A DNA stretch of 57,130 bases, from positions 1 through 57,130 of the IMG/VR virus record IMGVR_UViG_3300021961_000119. One strand, given 5' to 3'. This stretch comes from a virus (lineage: Duplodnaviria; Caudoviricetes). Below are positions 1 to 6,935 of the stretch, piece by piece. A program made the translations under genes and the position numbers. How positions within the stretch are numbered: the first letter of the stretch is position 1; every line of letters begins with the position of its first letter. The notes below the pieces were generated by a model. The model did no database searches. It saw only the letters and a list, made by a program, of their open reading frames with translations, and was not told the origin of the DNA.

Positions 1-108
1 CGCGTCGTAGCAGTCGCGCAGGGCGCACTCGCACGAGTACAAGTCGGAATTGGCGAATTTGCGGCGAAAGAGGGCCGCGAGGTCAGTGTAGGAGATCGTG
101 CGGTTCAT
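1..108 (-). CDS. Partial hypothetical protein (N-terminus; full copy at 55879-56121)
   Basis: ATG at 108-106 reading MNRTISYTDLAALFRRKF; TGATG overlap with the upstream ORF; runs off the window edge. Confidence 0.7.
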   Translation of the reverse strand, partial: MNRTISYTDLAALFRRKFANSDLYSCECALRDCYDA

Positions 109-365
109 CACTTCACCTCCGCGCCGCCGGACATTTTGCCGTCCATGATGTCGAACAGGATCGCCTTTGCGCGGTTCAGGTACTGACGGGCGGTCTCGGT
201 GTCGCCCATGAACATCAGCTCTTGAGCGTCGGACATCAGGCCCGCGACGACCATGTTGCCGCCGGTGAAGCGGTAAGTGATCGAGCGGCGTACGGACGCC
301 TTGAACTCTTCGATGTCGCAACCGTACATTGACTGCTCGGGGCTGGTGTAGGTGGTAGCTTGCAT
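108..365 (-). CDS. Early hypothetical protein (85 aa)
   Basis: Preceded by promoter and ATAGAGGACA RBS; diverged homologue at 56121-56375 keeps the frame. Confidence 0.85.
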   Translation of the reverse strand: MQATTYTSPEQSMYGCDIEEFKASVRRSITYRFTGGNMVVAGLMSDAQELMFMGDTETARQYLNRAKAILFDIMDGKMSGGAEVK

Positions 366-399
366 TGTGTTGTCCTCTATGTGTTGTTGAAAAGGTTAT

Positions 400-429
400 A
401 TTATAACACAGGTGCTACATATCTGTCAA
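400..429 (-). promoter_or_regulatory. sigma70-type promoter
   Basis: TTGACA-N18-TATAAT with extended -10 TG. Confidence 0.85.
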
Positions 430-1196
430 GTACCCCTAGACTCTTTGTAGATTTTTTCGAGGAGGCTGACTAGCACAGCCACGCTTCCGTTGCAGAAGTG
501 AAGCTTCGGGGCCTTGCGGTATTTGTCCTGCACGGCGTGCGAAATGAACTTGGTCATCAGCACCGTATGTGCCCGGATGAGCTTGGGGAACGTCACGGCG
601 TCTTCGGCGGTGAAGAAGGACAGATCCAGCTTGTCGGCCAGCAGGTGGCTCACGTAGTGCGCTTGGGCCGGGAGCAGTCCGATTACCAGCACGCCGGGGC
701 GGGCATGGCCAGTCGGGTGCGGGATCGGCTGGGGGTTATGCTTCGGGTGCTTGGCCAGCTCTGCGGCGAACTGATCATCCACGTGTTGCCGGAGTTCCTC
801 CCGGAGCATCGGAGGACGCATATTTGCCGCGACCTTGGCCGCTACGGACTCGGCGACGACGTCCAGTAGTAGCTCGAGTATATCCGCAAGCCTTCCCTTA
901 GGGGTCTCCTTGGGTTTGGGTGCGGGGGTTGGGGCTAGTATAGGGGCCGGGGCTTCGACAGCCTCCGAGGGCTTCTTCTTCGACTCTTGCAGAGCCTTTT
1001 GCCGGGCCACCTCGATGCGGTCTTTGTAGTTGAACACGCGCTGGTCGGTAACGACGATCCAACGGTGGGATTGAAGCACGGACTGCGCACGCCGTATCGC
1101 CTCTTTGCGGCCGAGTTGTGGGAACTGTTTAAAGACCGCGACCATGGCGGCGAAGACCGCGCCTTTTTCGATATTTGACCAGACTATACGAGCCAT
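426..1196 (-). CDS. Early hypothetical protein (256 aa), C-terminal alpha/beta domain possibly DUF2325-like
   Basis: ATAGAGGA RBS; C-terminal VLVIG...VLMTKFISH pattern; homologue at the right end. Confidence 0.8.
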   Translation of the reverse strand: MARIVWSNIEKGAVFAAMVAVFKQFPQLGRKEAIRRAQSVLQSHRWIVVTDQRVFNYKDRIEVARQKALQESKKKPSEAVEAPAPILAPTPAPKPKETPKGRLADILELLLDVVAESVAAKVAANMRPPMLREELRQHVDDQFAAELAKHPKHNPQPIPHPTGHARPGVLVIGLLPAQAHYVSHLLADKLDLSFFTAEDAVTFPKLIRAHTVLMTKFISHAVQDKYRKAPKLHFCNGSVAVLVSLLEKIYKESRGT

Positions 1197-1218
1197 ATTA
1201 TGTTTCCTCTATGTGTTT

Positions 1219-1244
1219 AAAAAGAGGGGGCCGAAGCCCCCTTT
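1219..1244 (-). terminator. Intrinsic terminator
   Basis: GGGGGC-TTCG-GCCCCC followed by TCTTTTT on the minus strand. Confidence 0.75.
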
Positions 1245-1283
1245 AAGATCTCATGGCAACTGCGTGGAACCACGGACACCACT

Positions 1284-1311
1284 ATTATACCATGGCCATC
1301 GCCTGTGTCAA
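1284..1311 (-). promoter_or_regulatory. sigma70-type promoter inside the 3' end of the DUF932 gene
   Basis: TTGACA-N16-TATAAT with TG extension; the TAA stop lies within the -10 box. Confidence 0.65.
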
Positions 1312-2265
1312 TGCGTCGCGTTTTAGGCGGGCACCAGCACCGAACCAAGCGGACTGCAAGCGGGTGTCGCGCGAGGCGGCTTTGCGCTCGTGATCGGCGA
1401 ACCGGGTGACGGCGTTCAAGAGTCCCCACGCCGTGCCTTGGGCGGTCTTGGACCGCTGGCCCACGCCGTCGAGGTAGATCTTCGTTACCAGCTCGATCAT
1501 CGGACGCTTGGCTTCGACGTCGATCGAGACAGCTTCGTCGCCGTAGAACACGTCGAGGAAGTAGCGGGTGGCCTCTTCTTTCGACACCTTACGCTTGGAC
1601 AGCGTGGTCGCGTTCGTCTTGAACTGGCTCCAAGTGTCCGCGCACAGGCCGAGTTCTGCCTTGAACTTGTCGGCGTTGAACTGGGTGCTGTGCGGCACGC
1701 GGATTTGGCCGGTCTTGTTACCCACAGCGAGCGACAGCGTGTTATTGCACACGACGCGAGTGGTCGTGAACTGCGCAGTGTTCGACATTGAGCCATCGCA
1801 CGACGTTGCCAGCAGTAGGTAAGGCAGGACCACGTCACCGCCGCCCACGTCGAACGAGTCCTCAGCCTTGGCCAACGCCCAGTAGGTGGAGCCATTGCGT
1901 AGGACCCCGGCGGTCTCCATCTTGAAGTCGCCGCCTTCGGTCAGGTCGCGGAAGAACTCCATCACGGCGCGGGGCTGGGTGATAAAGTAGTTACTCGACA
2001 TGACGGACAAGGGCGCACCGGTGTCGGAGCGGTACAGTGCCCAGCGTGCTGGTACGGTCTGCATGCGGACGGGGTTATTCTCCTCGTCGCGCACCTCGTA
2101 GGCGATCGCGCCCTTTTTGACTTCCCAGTCTAGGCCCGCTTCGCGAGTCCAAACGTCGAGGGGAGCGTCCGGGGTGAGCTGTTGACCTAGGCCGTGCCAA
2201 GGTGTCTCTCCTGCGTACGCCATTGAAGCTTTACCAGCAGAATTGAAGTTGAGTTCGTGTGCCAT
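1285..2265 (-). CDS. DUF932 / phage-plasmid-like protein
   Basis: MAYAGETPWHGLG, YLLLATSCDGS, TRVVCNNTL, GTAWGLLNAVT motifs; start moved to MAHELNF behind the ATAGAGGACA RBS. Confidence 0.85.
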   Translation of the reverse strand: MAHELNFNSAGKASMAYAGETPWHGLGQQLTPDAPLDVWTREAGLDWEVKKGAIAYEVRDEENNPVRMQTVPARWALYRSDTGAPLSVMSSNYFITQPRAVMEFFRDLTEGGDFKMETAGVLRNGSTYWALAKAEDSFDVGGGDVVLPYLLLATSCDGSMSNTAQFTTTRVVCNNTLSLAVGNKTGQIRVPHSTQFNADKFKAELGLCADTWSQFKTNATTLSKRKVSKEEATRYFLDVFYGDEAVSIDVEAKRPMIELVTKIYLDGVGQRSKTAQGTAWGLLNAVTRFADHERKAASRDTRLQSAWFGAGARLKRDALTQAMAMV

Positions 2266-2302
2266 GATGCGTGTGTCCTCTATGTGTGTTGATGAAGAAT
2301 GA

Positions 2303-2331
2303 ATTATAACACAGGTGCGATAACCTGTCAA
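2303..2331 (-). promoter_or_regulatory. sigma70-type promoter
   Basis: TTGACA-N17-TATAAT with extended -10. Confidence 0.85.
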
Positions 2332-2338
2332 GTATCGT

Positions 2339-2524
2339 CTAATCGCCCAGCACTTCCCAAGTGTCGCCTTGGTGACCACACTCTTCGCACTGGTAGCCGT
2401 ATTTCGCCCAAAAGATGTCGTGCCGGGGATCGGTCTTGGACTCCAAGCACTTGGTGGCCATACCCGCATTGCAGATCGGGCAGGTGTTCGCGCCTTCGTC
2501 CTCTTCGACGTCGTCGTCATGCAT
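2339..2524 (-). CDS. Small zinc-ribbon protein (61 aa)
   Basis: CPIC...CEEC; overlaps the upstream ORF. Confidence 0.65.
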   Translation of the reverse strand: MHDDDVEEDEGANTCPICNAGMATKCLESKTDPRHDIFWAKYGYQCEECGHQGDTWEVLGD

Positions 2525-2735
2525 AGTGTACTCCTATTACTAACATCGCAATCAGTGCGACACTGGCAGTCCAAAGGACAGCGTCCCAAAAGCGTTCGGC
2601 CGCAGGACGGTACTCGGGATCGAGCAGTGAGGACTGGAGCCTTTCCATGTCAGCACTCGGTACCCAGTTCTGCGGTGGCTGGTAATTGCACCCGATTCGA
2701 ATGCCAGTCTTGGTGGTGTACGGGGTGGGCTTCAT
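2517..2735 (-). CDS. Small membrane protein (72 aa)
   Basis: C-terminal hydrophobic helix; overlaps both neighbours. Confidence 0.65.
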   Translation of the reverse strand: MKPTPYTTKTGIRIGCNYQPPQNWVPSADMERLQSSLLDPEYRPAAERFWDAVLWTASVALIAMLVIGVHYA

Positions 2736-3028
2736 TTTACGATCTCCATCTGGTGAATGTTCATCACCTCGACTTCACCGGTGTTCGCGGTGATAAACTC
2801 GGCCGACAGGTGAGCGCGGACGGCTTCCATGTCGAGCTGTGGGCGGGTAGTGAACTTGATCTCGACTTGGTGCTGGTCGCCACGATAGATCGCGTCGCCG
2901 CCCTTGCGGAAGATCTCTTTCAGGTACTTCTCGCGAGCTGTCAACGCTTTGAGCTGGTCACGCACGCTGGCGAGTTCGTCCACCATGTCGGTGGTGATTG
3001 CGACGGGCTTAGTAGTAGTCTTTGCCAT
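2732..3028 (-). CDS. Early hypothetical protein (98 aa)
   Basis: Start MAKTTTK behind ATAGAGGACA RBS and promoter; coiled-coil N-half. Confidence 0.75.
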   Translation of the reverse strand: MAKTTTKPVAITTDMVDELASVRDQLKALTAREKYLKEIFRKGGDAIYRGDQHQVEIKFTTRPQLDMEAVRAHLSAEFITANTGEVEVMNIHQMEIVK

Positions 3029-3062
3029 GATTGTATGTCCTCTATGTGGTCTATCGGTTGGT

Positions 3063-3084
3063 CCGGATCGTCTCACTGATCCAG
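3063..3084 (-). promoter_or_regulatory. Conserved 5'-leader hairpin, copy A
   Basis: CTGGATC-AGTGAGAC-GATCCGG just downstream of a promoter; related to 55518-55539. Confidence 0.5.
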
Positions 3085-3091
3085 TCCCTGT

Positions 3092-3121
3092 ATTATAACA
3101 CAGGTGGGGTAGCCTTGTCAA
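3092..3121 (-). promoter_or_regulatory. sigma70-type promoter
   Basis: TTGACA-N18-TATAAT; overlaps the stop of the upstream gene. Confidence 0.85.
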
Positions 3122-3398
3122 TACCCCCCTTTGGTATTCGTGTTGCCACGATGGTCGCGTACCCCGCTATGTCCACCCACGAGTCGAGGTGGTTGGGGTC
3201 GCCGTTCAAAATGCGGGAGGCCTTGCACGCGATCATGTCGAGCGATTCGCGCTGGTGGTACTCCAGCCGCTCCCAGCCCGGGCACTCGCGAAAGAGGTCC
3301 TTCAGCGTCTGTGCGATCTCGGCTTGGATGGTGTAGTCGCCGTACGACTGCCCGCGCTCCGCAACCACCTCGTCTATATCAAGCGATGACTGCGGCAT
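3093..3398 (-). CDS. DUF6378-like phage protein (101 aa)
   Basis: ERGxxYG ... KASRILNGDPNHLDSWVDIAGYA signature. Confidence 0.75.
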   Translation of the reverse strand: MPQSSLDIDEVVAERGQSYGDYTIQAEIAQTLKDLFRECPGWERLEYHQRESLDMIACKASRILNGDPNHLDSWVDIAGYATIVATRIPKGGIDKATPPVL

Positions 3399-4626
3399 GT
3401 GCGAGTCCTCCTTTTTTATACCGGTTCTTGTACCCGCCGGGTGGTGCGTCCTGCAGTAAACGCTCGACGATCTCGTCGGGATCGTACCCTTTCAGCATTC
3501 CACGGATCAGAGCCTCAGTTGTGGCCTGTCGTCCGAGCGTCGCCGGACCCATTGCCCCCTCTATACGTCCGGGATTCGCTACCACTTGTGGCTCAGCAAG
3601 ATTCTTAAGCAAAGCGGTCTCGTGCGGGCGTACTTGGCTGAATCGCAGTGGGGACGCCGTACCCGTACCGGGGCCGTAGGCACCAGCCAGTTGCGCTTCG
3701 CGTGTGAGGAGTGTTCCGATCGTCTGCTCGGGTGTCATCGACAGAAAGTCCGGTGTACGCAAATCCGCCGCCGCATCCATGTATTCGTCAGTCTTGCGAT
3801 TCGCGACCATGCCCGGACCACCCAATAGCTTCTTCAGGTAGTAATCCTCGGCGTGAGCGGCCTGAATGGGCGCGGCAAAAAGCTGACCCGACATCCCGGG
3901 CATATGGCCCATCTCCTCTACCGGAGAAATGAACCCAAGGTCGCCGTGTCCGAGCGAATGCGACGCCACATTGCCGAGTCGCCGTGCTTGATTTACGTCG
4001 GTCAGGTGCGACGCCACGTTGCCATGGCCTTGTGCTCGCATCATGTCGTACGCCAGCGCGTACATCTCTTTACCTTTCGCGGGCAGACTCTTCCACCATG
4101 CGGCACTGGGGTCCCGAAGTCCGTACCCGTCGGGCTTGACGTCCATCGCATAAAGTTCAGTCATCACCGGATCGGGCGTTAGCGAAGTCCGACGCGGGTC
4201 GCGCATCGCGGCTTGTTCCATGAACTTTTGTAGGCCATATCCTAGGTCCTCTTTGCCGGGCCGTGCGCGGCCGTAATTCCAAGTGATGTTAGGATATGCA
4301 CCCATCGCGTGCGCTTGGTCTATGTCTTTCGGAGCCTTGCTCTCGGGGTCTAGCCGGAGCTTGCCAGTTCTAGGCATGAAACCCCGCTTCACCGCATCTT
4401 CATCTGTGCTCGATATCGTCGCACGGATCGGTTCGCCGGTAGCGGTCTTGCCGAAAATCCCAGCCTTGTTATACTGCTCCACGATTTCTGCCGGGAGCAT
4501 ACCCTTTTGCGCTTGACGCATCCCAAGCGGAATGCGCTGGGCGTCCGGGGTGGCGGCAATGGCGCGATGGCCCCTGCCTACCCCTTGCATTAGGTCAGCG
4601 AACGACAGATTCTTCACTGGTGGCAT
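3379..4626 (-). CDS. Hypothetical protein (415 aa), possible GNAT-like core, C-terminal YKKGG motif
   Basis: Long ORF overlapping both neighbours; function is inference only. Confidence 0.75.
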   Translation of the reverse strand: MPPVKNLSFADLMQGVGRGHRAIAATPDAQRIPLGMRQAQKGMLPAEIVEQYNKAGIFGKTATGEPIRATISSTDEDAVKRGFMPRTGKLRLDPESKAPKDIDQAHAMGAYPNITWNYGRARPGKEDLGYGLQKFMEQAAMRDPRRTSLTPDPVMTELYAMDVKPDGYGLRDPSAAWWKSLPAKGKEMYALAYDMMRAQGHGNVASHLTDVNQARRLGNVASHSLGHGDLGFISPVEEMGHMPGMSGQLFAAPIQAAHAEDYYLKKLLGGPGMVANRKTDEYMDAAADLRTPDFLSMTPEQTIGTLLTREAQLAGAYGPGTGTASPLRFSQVRPHETALLKNLAEPQVVANPGRIEGAMGPATLGRQATTEALIRGMLKGYDPDEIVERLLQDAPPGGYKNRYKKGGLAHAAVIA

Positions 4627-5449
4627 AGTATACCTCGTTGCTGATCTTCAGCGTTTGCAGGTGGATGTCGATCGTGTCTTGCATCGGCTTCGCGTATCCC
4701 CCTGCTAGATTCCACACCAATGGGACCCGGGCCTCGCGTGCGGCGGTGAAGATGCCACGATCGCGGGCCGCAAGACCCTCCTTGGACAGGTATCCGACGC
4801 CGTAGGGGTCTTGGTCCCAAGCGTCAGCACCGGCCTGATACAGTATTATACCAGCCTTCGAGTGTCGAATCAATCCCTTGGCGAACGAATTCCACATGGC
4901 GGCGTTCCAGTCGGACTGGATCGGGCGTCCAATGTCCGGGCGAGTGACGTGCGTCACGCGGCCCCGGATCATCAGGTGGTCCAGCACGTCCTCGGTCCCG
5001 TCGCCGTGGTGCCCATCCCCGTCAATGATCAGCACATTCGTCGCGCCGTTCCGGAGTGCCTTCATCGCGGTGATCATCAGCCCGTTGAACGTGCAGAATC
5101 CGTACCCGTCCTCGAAGTGGGCGTGGTGGAAGCCCTGCGTAGCGGAGCACGCAACCCCGCCGTTCTCCAGCACGTGCTTGGCCGCCGCCCAGTGACCAGC
5201 GTTCGAGTAGAGGAGCGAGTTGGTAAGCTCCGGATCGATCGTGCCGAATCCGTTGGGGGTGACATTCTTCAGGACGCCACGGACGTATTCGCGGTGGTGG
5301 GCCTCTTCGAAGTCGATCGCTGTGTACGGCTCGAAGTTCGAGCGCACGTCACCCTCCAACTGGTGGATGAACTCGGGGATCTTCGCTACCGAGATGAAGT
5401 CGTAGGAGATCTCTTGGGCCGGGTGGTAGAATACGGGGGTGCTAGTCAT
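4595..5449 (-). CDS. Zn-dependent histone-deacetylase-family (HDAC/AcuC/APAH) amidohydrolase
   Basis: GFHHA catalytic His pair, GFC, DGDGHHGDGT metal motif, QAGAD, GGY catalytic Tyr. Confidence 0.93.
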   Translation of the reverse strand: MTSTPVFYHPAQEISYDFISVAKIPEFIHQLEGDVRSNFEPYTAIDFEEAHHREYVRGVLKNVTPNGFGTIDPELTNSLLYSNAGHWAAAKHVLENGGVACSATQGFHHAHFEDGYGFCTFNGLMITAMKALRNGATNVLIIDGDGHHGDGTEDVLDHLMIRGRVTHVTRPDIGRPIQSDWNAAMWNSFAKGLIRHSKAGIILYQAGADAWDQDPYGVGYLSKEGLAARDRGIFTAAREARVPLVWNLAGGYAKPMQDTIDIHLQTLKISNEVYYATSEESVVR

Positions 5450-5460
5450 GTGTATGTCCT

Positions 5461-5676
5461 CTATGGTTTATTGGTGGGGGACGAATTATACCACACGTGG
5501 GACAGGTTGTCAAGTCCATTCTTCCCATCCTCGGGTGACTCGGGCATCTCGGGTCTTTCGCGAGTCGTGAAGCGAAATTCGCAATGGTTGCAAGTTCGGC
5601 GACGGCGAGTGATGCCGTTCGCGTTTTGGTACGTGGTAGTGACTCGGGTGTCCTCGCCGCATTTGATACAATTCAT
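5461..5676 (-). CDS. Stand-alone NrdR-type zinc-ribbon protein (no ATP-cone)
   Basis: CIKC...TRV...RRRRTCNHCEFRFTTRE matches the NrdR N-terminal pattern; ATGA overlap with datZ. Confidence 0.8.
   Translation of the reverse strand: MNCIKCGEDTRVTTTYQNANGITRRRRTCNHCEFRFTTRERPEMPESPEDGKNGLDNLSHVWYNSSPTNKP
5485..5513 (-). promoter_or_regulatory. sigma70-type promoter for the deacetylase unit
   Basis: TTGACA-N17-TATAAT with TG extension, then ATAGAGGACA RBS. Confidence 0.85.
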
Positions 5677-6236
5677 AACCAACCCCCTGTAATTCCTATA
5701 TCGTTGCAAACGCGGCGAACCGACTCGCGCACGTTCAATGTCGGATGCAAACGCTCGGTCTCGTTCACCATGTCCGACAGGATCGCACGAAGGCCATCGA
5801 GCACTTGCTTGGCGTGTGCCCCCACCCCGTTGTCCTGCAGAAAAAAGATCGCCTCGATCTGGTCCGCGAGCTTGACTATGGCTTCTACATCGGAGCCTTT
5901 TACCTGCCGGTACGCCGCCATGGTGTCTATATCTACGCGGTCCTCAGCCTTCTCCACGATCCCTACACCCCCTACCGCTTCTAGGTCTCGCTTGAACGGC
6001 GTCGGCATGTCGCCCGTGCGCACCTCGATGATGTCATGCGCGAGTGCCCACTGCAAGAGCTTCAATTTGCCCGAGTCCTGCAAGAGTCCGTTCCAGCGCA
6101 TTGCGGCCGCGAGGGATCCCGCGATCACCGCTACTGCGAAAGAGTGCTCGGCCAACGTCTGCTCCCGCGACGTCTGCACAATGTGCCACCGCTTGACGTG
6201 GCAAGCGCGAAGTTGTTCGTATACTGTTAAGCTCAT
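5673..6236 (-). CDS. datZ: HD-domain dATP triphosphohydrolase
   Basis: LRACHVKRWHIVQT, AEH, ALAHDIIEVRTGDMPTP, KLADQIEA, NGVGAHA closely follow cyanophage S-2L DatZ as I recall it; in the purZ operon. Confidence 0.9.
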   Translation of the reverse strand: MSLTVYEQLRACHVKRWHIVQTSREQTLAEHSFAVAVIAGSLAAAMRWNGLLQDSGKLKLLQWALAHDIIEVRTGDMPTPFKRDLEAVGGVGIVEKAEDRVDIDTMAAYRQVKGSDVEAIVKLADQIEAIFFLQDNGVGAHAKQVLDGLRAILSDMVNETERLHPTLNVRESVRRVCNDIGITGGWL

Positions 6237-6448
6237 GATTTTACTGCCTGTAAACGTCTAATCTGGTCCGCGATCTGATCGCCGGACAATTCGTCGAAAA
6301 GCTGAAATTCGTACTTGCGAGCGATGTGCTCCAGTGCTCCGTTCCAGATTTTTTTCACCGCTTCGCGGTTCTCGTCGTCCTCAGACCCCAGCACATGGCC
6401 GAAGGTCTCGTTGTACCAAAGGTCAAAGGTCTCATTTCGTTTCGACAT
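6233..6448 (-). CDS. Hypothetical protein (71 aa) inside the Z operon
   Basis: Overlaps both mazZ and datZ. Confidence 0.7.
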   Translation of the reverse strand: MSKRNETFDLWYNETFGHVLGSEDDENREAVKKIWNGALEHIARKYEFQLFDELSGDQIADQIRRLQAVKS

Positions 6449-6935
6449 GGCGCATGATCCTCGTGTTGACGTCGACTTCCCATTCGCGTCCCTCGTTGAT
6501 ATCCATCTTGTCCTCTACCGCCTTATGTACGTCTATACCGTTTTTGTGCGCGACGTCGAGCAAGAGAATCATGATGTCACCCATTTCGAGAGCGGCTTTT
6601 GGGTTACGAGCGTACTCGCCCACCTCCTCGTAGAGCTTGAGGAGGATGTCCGCAGTGGTACGCGCCGGAAAACGCGAGTCTGCCCACTTGGTAATTCTAT
6701 CCTGAAGTTGTCGCATATCAGCCCCACCACGCTTCTTATACGCGTTGACGGCGCGGACCGCAAGGTCGGCATTCTTATCGCAGTTGGCCATAACGCCACG
6801 CAAGTGATGACGGACTTCGAAAGACGCGACGGTTGCGCCGTGCGCATCGACAACTTCTGCCGCCCGTTCAGGGTGAATCGCCCATGGGGTGTCATTGAGT
6901 TCATCCGTGTGTACTGTTGATTCTACCTGTAGCAT
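6432..6935 (-). CDS. mazZ: MazG-like (MazZ/DUF550-type) dNTP pyrophosphohydrolase with extra N-terminal domain
   Basis: C-half WADSRFP..LKLYEEVGE..EMGDI..KMDIN.R.W is an all-alpha NTP-PPase motif; adjacent to purZ. Confidence 0.8.
   Translation of the reverse strand: MLQVESTVHTDELNDTPWAIHPERAAEVVDAHGATVASFEVRHHLRGVMANCDKNADLAVRAVNAYKKRGGADMRQLQDRITKWADSRFPARTTADILLKLYEEVGEYARNPKAALEMGDIMILLLDVAHKNGIDVHKAVEDKMDINEGREWEVDVNTRIMRHVETK

Larger units (their letters stand above)
1..1175. repeat. Left copy of diverged terminal overlap (matches 56014-57130)
   Basis: 1-122 equals 56014-56135 with one mismatch (pos 91); 361-419 equals 56371-56429; the intervening ORFs are homologous but diverged. Confidence 0.9.

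Noticed and set aside
1285-2589. ORF-track starts for DUF932 (2589), purZ (8109), terS (52709) and UvrD (11643)
   Set aside because: The extensions overlap other genes, promoters or the repeat element; downstream ATGs fit better by RBS, stop/start coupling or domain boundary
4595-5449. HDAC as a replacement for host PurB in the Z pathway
   Set aside because: PurB performs a beta-elimination releasing fumarate, whereas HDAC-fold enzymes hydrolyse amides; the chemistry does not match
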